Source: Alphaproteobacteria bacterium (lineage in GTDB: Bacteria > Pseudomonadota > Alphaproteobacteria > UBA828). Taken from it: a DNA stretch of 64,000 bases. Below, piece by piece: positions 8,265-17,747 of this stretch. Made by a program: the position numbers and the translations under genes. The notes beneath the pieces are model-generated. The model searched no databases. It saw only the letters and a program-made list of their open reading frames with translations, and had not been told where the DNA came from. Numbering within the stretch: position 1 is the first letter of the stretch; every line of letters begins with the position of its first letter. The stretch is taken from positions 256,001-320,000 of the forward strand of contig CBDEFM010000002.1 of the NCBI GenBank assembly GCA_965237415.1, written 5' to 3'.

Positions 8265-10613
8265 ATGCTGCGGATCACCGGATACAGCGACTGCTACTCG
8301 ATCCGTCCGGGCGATGGCATCACGTTCTATGTGAACTCCGAGAACGGCGAAGACTACGAGGCCAAGCTCGTCCGCCTCATTCACGGCGACACCAACCCCG
8401 ACGGGCCGGGCTACAAGGAAGAAGAGATCGGCGCGCCGTTCGACGGCACCTGCACGGGCCGCAACCAGAAGATCCACGGCGGCTCCTACGTGATCGTGCC
8501 GCACGACGAGCGCATGTCCGTGTCGAGCTTCACCATCCAGGCTTTCATCTTCCCGACCACGCCGACCAAGGGCCGCCAGGGCATCCTGACCAAGTGGGTT
8601 AACGACTCCGGTTATGGCCTCTTCGTCGACGACGACGGCAGCCTCGCGTTCTGCATCGGCGACGGCACCACCGTCCGCAAGATCTCGAGCGGCAAGCCGC
8701 TGCTGCGCAAAGTCTGGTATCTCGCCGCCGCCTCCTACGACGCCGAGACCGGCGCGGTGCAGCTCTATCAGGAGCCGGTCGTGACGTCGGCAAACGGCGG
8801 CCTCGGCATGGCGCTGCTCCATCCCGCCGAGGAGACCACGGCCGAGGTTTCCGGCAACTGCGACATCGGACCCGGCGCCAACGACGCGCCCTTCCTCATG
8901 GCCGCGGCGACCAAGATCTCCGATTCCGGCCGTTCGATCTGCGGCGCCCACTACAAGGAGGCGTTGATCCCGGTGGCGCTGCCCGAGCAGTGCGACACCT
9001 ACAACGGCAAGATCGACCGCCCCAGGCTTTCCTCCACCGCGCTCGACAAGAATTCCATCGATGCGCTGGCGCGCGGCTTCAAGGGCTGCCCGGCCGATTT
9101 GCGGCGCATCGTGATCGGCGCCTGGGACTTCCAGGCCAACATCACCAAGAACATCGCATCCACCTACATCATCGACACCTCGCCGAACGTGCTGAACGGC
9201 CACGCCATCAACCTCCCGGCCCGCGGCATGACCGGCTACAACTGGACCGCGGACGAGATCGTCTATCACCACGCGCCGGAGGAATACGGCGCCATCCACT
9301 TCCACGACGACGATATCGACGACGCCAGGTGGGATGCGGACTTCAGCTTCACCGCGCCCGAGGGGCTTAAGAGCGGCTTCTATGCCGCGAGGCTCAGGAT
9401 CGGCGGCGAGGAATCGGCGGCGACCGAGGACTACATCCCCTTCGTCGTGCGCCCGCCCAAGGATCAGCCCTCGGCGCGGGTCGCTGTCATCATCCCGACC
9501 AACAGCTACCTCGCGTATTCCAACGACAATCTGGCGACCAATTCGGTGGTGGCGCAGCTGCTTGCGGGCAAGGTGCCGCTGATGCAGGCCTCCGACCTCT
9601 ACCTCAACGAGCATCGCGAGTACGGGCTTTCCACCTACTCGCTGCATTCGGACGGCAGCGGCGTCTGCTATTCGTCGAGGCTGCGCCCGATCCTCAACAT
9701 GCGGCCGAAGTACCGGCACTGGCTCTCGCCCTCGCTTTGGCAGCTCAACGGCGACCTCCACCTTACCGACTGGCTGGAGGCCGTCGGCTTCGACTACGAC
9801 CTGCACACCGACGAGGACCTCGACCGCGAGGGCGTGGCGCTGCTCAATCAGTATCGCGTCGTGCTCACCGGCTCGCATCCCGAGTACTCGTCCGAGGCCA
9901 TGATCGACGCCTACGAGGCCTATCAGCAGCAGGGCGGACGTTGGCTCTATCTCGGCGCCGACGGCTTCTACTGGTGCAGCCAGTACCACCCCGACAACGG
10001 CAACATCATCGAGGTCCGCAAGGGCGAGGCGGGGACGCGCGCCTGGACCGCCAATCCGGGCGAGTACAACAACGCCTTCGACGGCAAGTTCGGCGGCATG
10101 TGGCGGGCACGGGGGCGCATCCCGAGCAAGGTCTGCGGCCTCACCTTCACCGCTTACGGCTTTGACGTCTCGTCCTATTACCGGCGCGAGGCCGACAGCT
10201 TCCGCTCCGAGTGCGAATGGATATTCGAGGACATCGGCGATGACGAGATCATCGGCGACTTCGGGCTCGTCGGCGGCGGCGCTGCGGGGCTGGAGCTCGA
10301 CCGTTACGACCTCGAGTTCGGCACCCCGCACAACGGCTATCTCCTGGCCCGCTCCGAGGGCCACACCGACCTGATGCTCCAGGTCAATGAGGAGATCCAC
10401 TTCGCCTGCCGCGGCTATTACGGCGGTGGTCACGAGAACCCGCAGATCAGGGCCGACATGATCTACTACAAGACACCCAACGACGGTGCGGTGTTCGGGC
10501 CTGGCTCGCTTGTCTGGTGCGGCAGCCTTTCGCACAACAACTACGACAACAACGTCTCCAAGATCATGGAGAACGTGATCAACGGCTTCCTCAAGGACGG
10601 GCCGCTGCCCTGA
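8265..10613 (+). CDS. dmfA2: N,N-dimethylformamidase large (beta) subunit family
   Basis: 782 aa; RLIHGDTNPDGPG, YGAIHFHDDD, SYLAYSN, STYSLHSDGSG, GSHPEY, AAGLELDR. Confidence 0.9.
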   Translation: MLRITGYSDCYSIRPGDGITFYVNSENGEDYEAKLVRLIHGDTNPDGPGYKEEEIGAPFDGTCTGRNQKIHGGSYVIVPHDERMSVSSFTIQAFIFPTTPTKGRQGILTKWVNDSGYGLFVDDDGSLAFCIGDGTTVRKISSGKPLLRKVWYLAAASYDAETGAVQLYQEPVVTSANGGLGMALLHPAEETTAEVSGNCDIGPGANDAPFLMAAATKISDSGRSICGAHYKEALIPVALPEQCDTYNGKIDRPRLSSTALDKNSIDALARGFKGCPADLRRIVIGAWDFQANITKNIASTYIIDTSPNVLNGHAINLPARGMTGYNWTADEIVYHHAPEEYGAIHFHDDDIDDARWDADFSFTAPEGLKSGFYAARLRIGGEESAATEDYIPFVVRPPKDQPSARVAVIIPTNSYLAYSNDNLATNSVVAQLLAGKVPLMQASDLYLNEHREYGLSTYSLHSDGSGVCYSSRLRPILNMRPKYRHWLSPSLWQLNGDLHLTDWLEAVGFDYDLHTDEDLDREGVALLNQYRVVLTGSHPEYSSEAMIDAYEAYQQQGGRWLYLGADGFYWCSQYHPDNGNIIEVRKGEAGTRAWTANPGEYNNAFDGKFGGMWRARGRIPSKVCGLTFTAYGFDVSSYYRREADSFRSECEWIFEDIGDDEIIGDFGLVGGGAAGLELDRYDLEFGTPHNGYLLARSEGHTDLMLQVNEEIHFACRGYYGGGHENPQIRADMIYYKTPNDGAVFGPGSLVWCGSLSHNNYDNNVSKIMENVINGFLKDGPLP

Positions 10614-10680
10614 CCCTGAGGAACCAGCACGTCCAGCGGCAGCATAACGCCGCGTCAGCCTGGGCGGGGAGAGTCTGCGG

Positions 10681-11067
10681 ATGAGCGTTTCCGACAAGAG
10701 CCGCAGCTCTCTCATGCCCATGATCATGCCGCCGCCGGGCAAGAAGATGCTGCCCACTCGCGCCCAGGCGACCGCGCTGGAGGAGGCGCTGCTCGGCGGC
10801 CTCGACCCCGACAAGCTCAACGACCTCTCCGAGGTGCTGTTCGCGCTGAATGCCCACAAGCTCGGCCCGATCCCCGGCTTCTACGTCGTGGTCTGCACCC
10901 AGCCGGACGAAGAGTGGTGCGTCGGCCAGCTTGCGGCGGATCGCGCCAAGCCTCTGATCATGTTCGAGGACATGAGCTTCGATAAGCCGGAGGCGGCGCT
11001 CGCCGCAGCCGAGAAGCTCAAGGCCGAGGACGACGCTGCGGGCAGAAGCCCCATCGCCACCGGCTGA
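10681..11067 (+). CDS. Second DMFase small-subunit-like paralogue
   Basis: Ungapped 44-aa match to the 7792-8220 product with 15 identities by eye (PxxGxYVxxCTxPxEExxxG...RxxP....ED). Confidence 0.7.
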   Translation: MSVSDKSRSSLMPMIMPPPGKKMLPTRAQATALEEALLGGLDPDKLNDLSEVLFALNAHKLGPIPGFYVVVCTQPDEEWCVGQLAADRAKPLIMFEDMSFDKPEAALAAAEKLKAEDDAAGRSPIATG

Positions 11068-11101
11068 TGCAAAGCGGCCCGGCTCAAGCGCCCGACAGAC
11101 G

Positions 11102-11881
11102 ATGACCACCGAGACGCGCCTGGCCAGTCTGCCGATGTACTGTGAAGCCGAGGTTCGTCCCGTCACGGAGCGCTGGTGGTCGGGCCTCGCCCGTCATCTG
11201 CGGGATCGCGGCGTGCCAGGCGTTCCCGACACGCTGACCTGGCCGGACGACTATCATGGCCATTGGCGTTCGCCCGCGCTCCTGTTCAGCCAAACCTGCG
11301 GCTATCCCTTCGTCAACGTGCTCGGTCCGGCGGTGAAGCTCGTCGCGACGCCCCGGTATGACGTGCCCGGGTGCGAAGGCCCGCGCTATGGGGCGCACGT
11401 CATCGTCCGGGAGACTGCGCCCGCGCGGTCCGTTGCCGACCTGCGGGGCTGCCGGCTGGCAACCAACGGCACGGGCTCCTATTCGGGCTATCACGTCTGG
11501 CGGCACATGCTGCCCGCCGGCGATGACCCGCCGTCCTTCTTCGGAGAGATCATTGCAACCGGCGCCCACCGCGCCAGTGTCCGCTGCGTCGCGGCGGGAG
11601 ACGCGGACGCCTGCGCGGTCGACTGCGTCACTCACGCATTGCTCTCCGACCATGCACCGGAGGAACTGCGCGGCACCCGGATCCTGGCGTCGTCGCCGAC
11701 CGCGCCGGCAATGCCCTTCGTGACCGGCGCCGCGACATCGGACGAGGACGTCGAAAAGATGCGCGACGGGCTCCTTGCTGCGATAGCCGACCCGTCGCTT
11801 GCGCCCGTGCGCAAAGAACTTCGCCTCACTGGCGCGAGCGTTCTGACCGACGAGGATTATCGGAAAGCGTTCCGGGATTAG
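11102..11881 (+). CDS. PhnD/phosphate-phosphonate-binding family protein (no signal peptide)
   Basis: ASLPMY, SQTCGYP, SYSGY, TGAHRAS, ADACAVDCVT. Confidence 0.75.
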   Translation: MTTETRLASLPMYCEAEVRPVTERWWSGLARHLRDRGVPGVPDTLTWPDDYHGHWRSPALLFSQTCGYPFVNVLGPAVKLVATPRYDVPGCEGPRYGAHVIVRETAPARSVADLRGCRLATNGTGSYSGYHVWRHMLPAGDDPPSFFGEIIATGAHRASVRCVAAGDADACAVDCVTHALLSDHAPEELRGTRILASSPTAPAMPFVTGAATSDEDVEKMRDGLLAAIADPSLAPVRKELRLTGASVLTDEDYRKAFRD

Positions 11882-11899
11882 CGCCGGTCGGGGGCGGCG

Positions 11900-12613
11900 T
11901 CAGCGCAGGGCGCGGCCGCTTGCCGGGCGCTCGCGCATGTGGCCGGAGAGGCGGTGCTCGATAAAGCGCGAGACGAGGATGAAGAAGTAGCTCATCGCCA
12001 GATACATCAGCCCCGCCGTGATGTAGAGCTTGTAGGGCTCGAAGCTGCGGGCGACGATGATGCGGGCGACGCCGGTGAGATCCAGTAGCGTGATGATCGA
12101 GATCAGCGAGGTCGCCTGCAGCAGGAACACGACCTCGTTGGTGTAGGCCGGCAGCGCAATGCGAAAGGCCTTGGGCAGTAGGATGCGCCGGTAGAGCAGG
12201 GTGCCCGACATGCCGAGCGCACGGGCCGCTTCGATATCGCCGCGCGGCACGCCCTGGATCGCCCCCCGCAAAATCTCGGCTGTGTAGGCGGCGGTGTTGA
12301 GGGTGAGCGTAAGGACGGCGCAGAAGTAGGCCTCGCGGAACAGCACCCAGAGCCCGATCTGGTCGAGGAACGGCCGGAACTGGCCGGAGCCGTAATAGAC
12401 CAGGAAGAGCTGCACCAGCAGAGGCGTGCCGCGGAAGTAGAGGATGTAGCCGTAGACCGGCATCCACAGCACAGGGTTGGGAGAGAGCCGCATGATCGCG
12501 AGCGGCACCGCGAGCGCGAGGCCCACGACCAGGCTGATGACCGTGATCTCCAGCGTAAGCACAGCGCCATCCAGCAGGCGGGGCAGGCTCTCCCATATGA
12601 TCGCGAGGTCCAT
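11900..12613 (-). CDS. Polar amino-acid ABC transporter permease (HisM-like)
   Basis: FRGTPLLVQ, AYTAEILRG, EAARALGM. Confidence 0.9.
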   Translation of the reverse strand: MDLAIIWESLPRLLDGAVLTLEITVISLVVGLALAVPLAIMRLSPNPVLWMPVYGYILYFRGTPLLVQLFLVYYGSGQFRPFLDQIGLWVLFREAYFCAVLTLTLNTAAYTAEILRGAIQGVPRGDIEAARALGMSGTLLYRRILLPKAFRIALPAYTNEVVFLLQATSLISIITLLDLTGVARIIVARSFEPYKLYITAGLMYLAMSYFFILVSRFIEHRLSGHMRERPASGRALR

Positions 12614-12621
12614 CGCCGGAC

Positions 12622-13311
12622 TCAGGCGCGCCGCACGCCGCGGTTGGCCCACGCCTCGGCACGCCGCTGCACCACCATCGAGACGACGGTGATGCCGAGA
12701 TAGAAGAGCGAGGCGACGAAGAAGAAGGTGAATGGCAGCTTGGTCGCGCGCGCCGCGATGTCCGCGTTGCGCATGAGCTCTTCGAGCTGGATCACTGAGA
12801 TGAGCGCCGTGGCCTTGATCAGCACCATCCAGACATTGCCGAGGCCGGGGAGCGCGAAGCGCCACATCTGCGGCATGACGATGCGGCGGAAGGTCAGCGC
12901 CCGCCCCATGCCGATCGCCCGCGCCGCCTCTATCTGCCCGCGCGGCACGGCGAGGAAGGCGCCGCGAAAGACCTCGGTCGCGAAGGCGCCGTAGATGAAG
13001 CCGATGGTGATGACGCCGGCGATGAAGGGGTTGATGTCGATGACGATGTCGTGGCCGGCGCCTTCGGCGATGTCCTGGATCAGCGTGGGTACGCCGTAAT
13101 AGACGAGCAGGATGAGCAGAAGCTCCGGCACGCCGCGGATGACGGTGGTGTAGGTGCCGGCAACCCAGCGGCCAGCGCGCCCGCGCGCGAGCTTGCCCCA
13201 GGCGCCGAGCAGGCCAAGGACCAAGGCGAGCGCCATGGCCCCGAGCCCGACCAGAATGGTGAGCTCGAGGCCCTGCCACAGCATCCAGCCGTAGCCCCTG
13301 AGATCGAGCAT
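12622..13311 (-). CDS. Polar amino-acid ABC transporter permease (HisQ-like)
   Basis: IRGVPELL, GQIEAARAIGM, ALPGLGNVW. Confidence 0.9.
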   Translation of the reverse strand: MLDLRGYGWMLWQGLELTILVGLGAMALALVLGLLGAWGKLARGRAGRWVAGTYTTVIRGVPELLLILLVYYGVPTLIQDIAEGAGHDIVIDINPFIAGVITIGFIYGAFATEVFRGAFLAVPRGQIEAARAIGMGRALTFRRIVMPQMWRFALPGLGNVWMVLIKATALISVIQLEELMRNADIAARATKLPFTFFFVASLFYLGITVVSMVVQRRAEAWANRGVRRA

Positions 13312-13338
13312 CGGCCCGACCCCTTACTACCCGCAGAT

Positions 13339-13372
13339 GGGCGGACGGGAGGGGAGTGCCGCCCGTCCGCCC
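13339..13372 (-). terminator. Stem-loop downstream of the binding-protein gene (partial terminator or mRNA stabiliser)
   Basis: GGGCGGACGGG (13339-13349) pairs perfectly with CCCGTCCGCCC (13362-13372); no clear U-tract. Confidence 0.5.
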
Positions 13373-13387
13373 GCCGCTACGCGACGC

Positions 13388-14164
13388 TCAGTCGCCGTAG
13401 ACGTCGAAATCGAAATAAGTGTCGTTGATCGTCTTGTAGGTACCGTCGGCGCGGATGGCTGCGATGGCGCCGTTAAGCGCGTCGAGAAGCTCGGTTTCGC
13501 CCTTGCGCATTGCGATCCCGGCGCCGTCGCCGAACCATTGCGGATCGGTGAAGTCGGGTCCCACGAACTCCGCGCCCTCGCCGTCGGGCGTGTCGAGGAA
13601 GCCCCCCTGCAGGGCCATCGAATCCGCCAGCAGCAGGTCAACGCGGCCGGCGACGAAGTCGAGGTTGGCCTCGTCCTGGGTGGCGTAGGCCTTGATGGTG
13701 ACGATATCGCCGTAGTTGTCGCGCAGGAAGTTCTCGTGGATGGTCGCCCGCTGCACGCCGACGGCCCTGCCTTCCAGACCCTCGTCGGAAATCTCGATGT
13801 CCGAGCCCTTCATGCGCACGAACTTGGCCGGCGTGGTGTAGTACTTGCCGGTGAAGTCGACCTTCTTCTTGCGCTCCTCGGTGATCGACATCGAGGCAAC
13901 GATGGCGTCGTACTTCTTGGCGAGCAGGCCGGGGATGATGCCGTCCCAATCCTGCACCGCCCACGTGCAGTCGAGCATCGCCGCGGCGCAGAGCGCGTTG
14001 CCGATGTCGATATCGAAGCCCTGGAGCTCGCCGTTCTCGTCGATCCAGTTGAAGGGCGGGTAGGCGCCTTCGGTGCCTAACGTTACTTTCTTCATGTCGG
14101 CCGCGGCGGTGCCGGCCGCGAGCGCGAGTGCCGCGAACATCGCCAGGAATGTGAATTTTCTCAT
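13388..14164 (-). CDS. Lys/Arg/Orn/His-type ABC substrate-binding protein
   Basis: Signal peptide; TEGAYPPFN, GFDIDI, WDGIIPGL, SMSITEER. Confidence 0.92.
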   Translation of the reverse strand: MRKFTFLAMFAALALAAGTAAADMKKVTLGTEGAYPPFNWIDENGELQGFDIDIGNALCAAAMLDCTWAVQDWDGIIPGLLAKKYDAIVASMSITEERKKKVDFTGKYYTTPAKFVRMKGSDIEISDEGLEGRAVGVQRATIHENFLRDNYGDIVTIKAYATQDEANLDFVAGRVDLLLADSMALQGGFLDTPDGEGAEFVGPDFTDPQWFGDGAGIAMRKGETELLDALNGAIAAIRADGTYKTINDTYFDFDVYGD

Positions 14165-14217
14165 CTCTCCGTTCTCCCTCGTTGGTGGTGGGTCGCTTGC
14201 ATTGCCAGGCGTTGCGG

Positions 14218-15054
14218 CTAAGCGTCGCCGCGCTCGCCCGAGAGGAACCGCCTGAGCCTCGGCGATTGCGGGTCGTCGAGCAACGCCCGCGACGGGCCTT
14301 CCACCTCGATCTGGCCCTCGTGCAGGAACACGGTCCTGGACGAGACGTCGCGGGCGAAGCCGATCTCGTGGGTGACGATCAGCATGGTCCGGCCTTCCTC
14401 GGCGAGGTCGCGGATGACCCTCAGCACCTCGCCGACGAGCTCGGGATCGAGTGCAGAAGTGGGCTCGTCGAACAGCATGACGTCGGGCTCCATCGCGAGC
14501 GCCCGGGCGATCGCCGCCCGCTGCTCCTGCCCGCCGGAGAGGTGGGCCGGGAAGTAGTCGTGCTTGTCCGTTAGCCCGACCTTATCGAGCAGAGTGTGGG
14601 CACGGTCCACCGCCTCGCGCCGGGGCAGCTTCAGCACGTGGACCGGCGCCTCGATCACGTTCTGCAGCACCGTCAAGTGAGACCACAGGTTGAACTGCTG
14701 AAACACCATGCCGAGCCGGGCACGGATGCGGTCCACCTGGCGCCTGTTCGCCGGCATTGCCCGGCCGCGCCGGTCCGCCTTCATGCGGATCAGCTCCCCG
14801 CCCACGTGGACCTCGCCTGCGTCGGGAACCTCCAGCAGGTTGATGCAGCGGAGCAGCGTGCTCTTGCCAGAGCCGCTGGCGCCCAGGATGGCGATCACAT
14901 CGTGCTCGTGGGCGGTCAGCGAGACGCCCTTCAGAACCTCCAGGTCGCCGAAGCGCTTGTAGAGGTCGTCCACGCGGAGCGCGGTGCCGGGCTCTGCCCG
15001 CGCTTCGCGCTGCACCGGGATGGCGGCTCCGGGCGCCTGCGCCACCCGACCCAT
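14218..15054 (-). CDS. Polar amino-acid ABC transporter ATPase (HisP-like)
   Basis: GASGSGKST, LSGGQEQR, LFDEPTSALDPE. Confidence 0.92.
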   Translation of the reverse strand: MGRVAQAPGAAIPVQREARAEPGTALRVDDLYKRFGDLEVLKGVSLTAHEHDVIAILGASGSGKSTLLRCINLLEVPDAGEVHVGGELIRMKADRRGRAMPANRRQVDRIRARLGMVFQQFNLWSHLTVLQNVIEAPVHVLKLPRREAVDRAHTLLDKVGLTDKHDYFPAHLSGGQEQRAAIARALAMEPDVMLFDEPTSALDPELVGEVLRVIRDLAEEGRTMLIVTHEIGFARDVSSRTVFLHEGQIEVEGPSRALLDDPQSPRLRRFLSGERGDA

Positions 15055-15065
15055 CCCGCTGGCGG

Positions 15066-16430
15066 CTATGACGTGTAGGTGCGGCGCTTGACCAGCTTGC
15101 CGCGGCCGGGCTCGGCATTCACCTTGCCGTTCTCCACGATGATGTCGCCGCGGGAGATCGTCATGGTGGGCCAGCCGGTGAGCTCGAAGCCCTCGTGCAG
15201 CTCCCAGTCCTGATTGGAGTGCATGTCGCTTTGGCGGATGGTGACGGGCTTCTCCGTGTCGAACACCATGATGTCGGCGTCGGAGCCCACCGCGATCGTC
15301 CCCTTCTGCGGATACATGCCCATCAGCTTGGCCGGCTTGGTGGCGCTCACGTCGACGAAGCGCTCGAGCGAGAGCCGGCCCGTGCGCACGCCCTCGGAAT
15401 AGAGCATGGGCAGCACCGTCTCCAGGTTCGACATGCCGGGCAGAAGCTCGTCCACGGTGACGCTGGCCTTCTTCTGCTTCATGTTCCAGCCGACATGGTC
15501 GGTGGCGACCGTCTGGAGCACGCCGCTGTCCAGCGCCTGCCACATCACCTCCATCTGGTCGGCCTCGCGCAGCGGCGGCCAACCGACATAGCGCTCGGGG
15601 TCCACCTCCTCGTTGAAGCGCTCGCGCGAGAGGTGGAGGTAGATCGGCCGGGTCTCGCCGTAGCAGGTTTGGCCTCGGCCGCGCGCGTCGTTGAGCGCAT
15701 CCAGCCCCTCCTGGCACGAGAGGTGGACGAGATAGGCGGGCACATCGGCCATGTGAGCCATCCAGAGCGCGCGGCGGGCGGCGAGCCCCTCCGAGATGCG
15801 CGGCCTGGAATCGGGGAAGGTGCGGACGTTGGAGTTATTCTCCTCCTCGAGCTTCTGGGTCATGTAGGAGATGCAGCACTGGTCCTCGCAATGGATGTTA
15901 ACCATCGCGCCGAGCTTGCCGGCCTCCTCCATGCAGCGCAGGTACTGGGGCGCATACTTGTCGAACTCGGAGAAGCCGATCATGAAGATCTTGAAGCTGG
16001 TATAGCCGTCGGCGACGCAGTCCCGCATCTCGCTGAGCGTGTGCTCGCCGGGCTGGAAGATCGTCGGGTGCAGGCCGAAGTCGATTACCGACTTCTCGCC
16101 CCGCTTGTTCCAGCGGACGAGGCAGTCCTGCAGCGACTGGCCGGGTTCCGGGAACGCGTAGTCGCAGATCGTCGTGATCCCGCCGCAGGCGGCGGCCAAG
16201 GTGGACGAGTGGAAGTTGTCGGCGGTCTCCTGGCCCATCAGCTCGAACTCGACGTGGGTGTGCACGTCGACACCGCCGGGGAACACGATCTTGCCGCTGC
16301 AATCGACGGTGCGCCCGGCCGGCCCGAGGCCATGGCCGATCTGCTTGATGACGCCTCCTTCGATTCCGATATCGGCGTCATAGCTCTCGTGGGCGGTCAC
16401 GATTGTGCCGTTCGCCAAGATCATGTCCAT
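15066..16430 (-). CDS. Dihydropyrimidinase/D-hydantoinase-family cyclic amidohydrolase
   Basis: PGGVDVHTH, SFKIFM (carbamylated Lys), IHCED, VHLS, ATDH, KGTIAVGSDAD. Confidence 0.88.
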   Translation of the reverse strand: MDMILANGTIVTAHESYDADIGIEGGVIKQIGHGLGPAGRTVDCSGKIVFPGGVDVHTHVEFELMGQETADNFHSSTLAAACGGITTICDYAFPEPGQSLQDCLVRWNKRGEKSVIDFGLHPTIFQPGEHTLSEMRDCVADGYTSFKIFMIGFSEFDKYAPQYLRCMEEAGKLGAMVNIHCEDQCCISYMTQKLEEENNSNVRTFPDSRPRISEGLAARRALWMAHMADVPAYLVHLSCQEGLDALNDARGRGQTCYGETRPIYLHLSRERFNEEVDPERYVGWPPLREADQMEVMWQALDSGVLQTVATDHVGWNMKQKKASVTVDELLPGMSNLETVLPMLYSEGVRTGRLSLERFVDVSATKPAKLMGMYPQKGTIAVGSDADIMVFDTEKPVTIRQSDMHSNQDWELHEGFELTGWPTMTISRGDIIVENGKVNAEPGRGKLVKRRTYTS

Positions 16431-16475
16431 CTTCCCCTCCCCACAATTCGTTGATCTTTTGTCCCTAGCCTCGAA

Positions 16476-16493
16476 GTATGAGCGCGATCATAC
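16476..16493. promoter_or_regulatory. Palindromic candidate operator in the divergent hydantoinase/amiE promoter
   Basis: GTATGA-N6-TCATAC perfect inverted repeat. Confidence 0.4.
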
Positions 16494-16615
16494 CAGGGGG
16501 TCCAGCGTCCCGTTGCCCTCTGTGCCTCGCTTCTCGGCGAGCGGCACATGGTTGGTCGCGCTTGCGGGGCGGGGTATAAACCCGGCAGGACACGGACGGC
16601 GAAGGAGGCCATGCC

Positions 16616-17656
16616 ATGAGACACGGCGATATCGTCAGCAGCCCGGATACGGTGGGTTGCGCGGTTTTCCAGTACAAAATGCCGCGCCTGCACACGCACC
16701 AGGAGGTCCTCGACAACGCGAAGAAGATCGCCGATCTCATGGTCGGCGCGAAGATCGGGCTGCCGGGGATGGATCTCGCGATCTTCCCCGAGTACAGCAC
16801 CCACGGGATCATGTACGACCGCAAGGAGATGTTCGACACGGCGTCCGATATCCCCGGGCCGGAGACCGATATCTTCGCCGAGGCGTGCCGCGAGGCGAAC
16901 ACCTGGGGCGTCTTCTCGCTGACCGGCGAGAAGCACCCGGATCACCCCAACAAGAATCCGTACAACACCCTCATCCTGATGAACAATGAGGGCGATATTG
17001 TACAGAAGTACAGGAAGATCCTGCCCTGGTGCCCGATCGAGGGCTGGTATCCCGGCAACAACACCTATGTGAGCACCGGGCCCAAGGGAATGAAGATCAG
17101 CCTCATCATCTGCGACGACGGCAACTATCCGGAGATCTGGCGCGACTGCGCGGTCAAGGGTGCCGAGCTGATCGTCCGCTGCCAGGGCTACATGTACCCG
17201 GCAAAGGACCAGCAGATCATGATGGCGAAGGCGATGGCCTGGTCCAACTGCTGCTATGTGGCGGTGGCCAACGCCGCCGGCAATGACGGCGTCTACACTT
17301 ACTTCGGCCACTCGGCGATCGTCGGCTTCGACGGCCGCACCCTCGGCGAGTGCGGCGAGGAGGAGTACGGCATCCAGTACGCGCAGCTCTCCGTCTCGCA
17401 GATCCGCGATTCCCGTGCCAACGATCAGGCGCAGAACCACCTCTTCAAGCTGATGCACCGGGGCTACACGGGCGTGTATGCGTCGGGCGACGGCGACAAG
17501 GGCGTGGCCGAATGCCCGTTCGACTTCTACCGCACCTGGGTCGAGGACCCGAAGCGGGCGCAGCAGATGGTCGAGGCCATCACGCGGGATTCGATCGGCG
17601 TGACGGGCTGCCCCGTCGATGGCATCCCCCAGCCGCAGAAGATGGCGGCGGAGTAA
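16616..17656 (+). CDS. amiE: Aliphatic amidase (nitrilase superfamily)
   Basis: MRHGDI start, [31 protein letters not shown] (Glu-Lys-Cys triad). Confidence 0.95.
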   Translation: MRHGDIVSSPDTVGCAVFQYKMPRLHTHQEVLDNAKKIADLMVGAKIGLPGMDLAIFPEYSTHGIMYDRKEMFDTASDIPGPETDIFAEACREANTWGVFSLTGEKHPDHPNKNPYNTLILMNNEGDIVQKYRKILPWCPIEGWYPGNNTYVSTGPKGMKISLIICDDGNYPEIWRDCAVKGAELIVRCQGYMYPAKDQQIMMAKAMAWSNCCYVAVANAAGNDGVYTYFGHSAIVGFDGRTLGECGEEEYGIQYAQLSVSQIRDSRANDQAQNHLFKLMHRGYTGVYASGDGDKGVAECPFDFYRTWVEDPKRAQQMVEAITRDSIGVTGCPVDGIPQPQKMAAE

Positions 17657-17692
17657 GGGCCAAACCCACTTCGGGAATTCTCAAGTCGATCA

Positions 17693-17724
17693 GGACCCCG
17701 GCACCCTGCCGGGGTCCGCGTTTT
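17693..17724 (+). terminator. Rho-independent terminator after amiE
   Basis: GGACCCCGGCA-ccc-TGCCGGGGTCC 11-bp stem followed by GCGTTTT, between convergent genes. Confidence 0.7.
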
Positions 17725-17747
17725 GGAGGCGCCCGAGGCGGCGCCGG

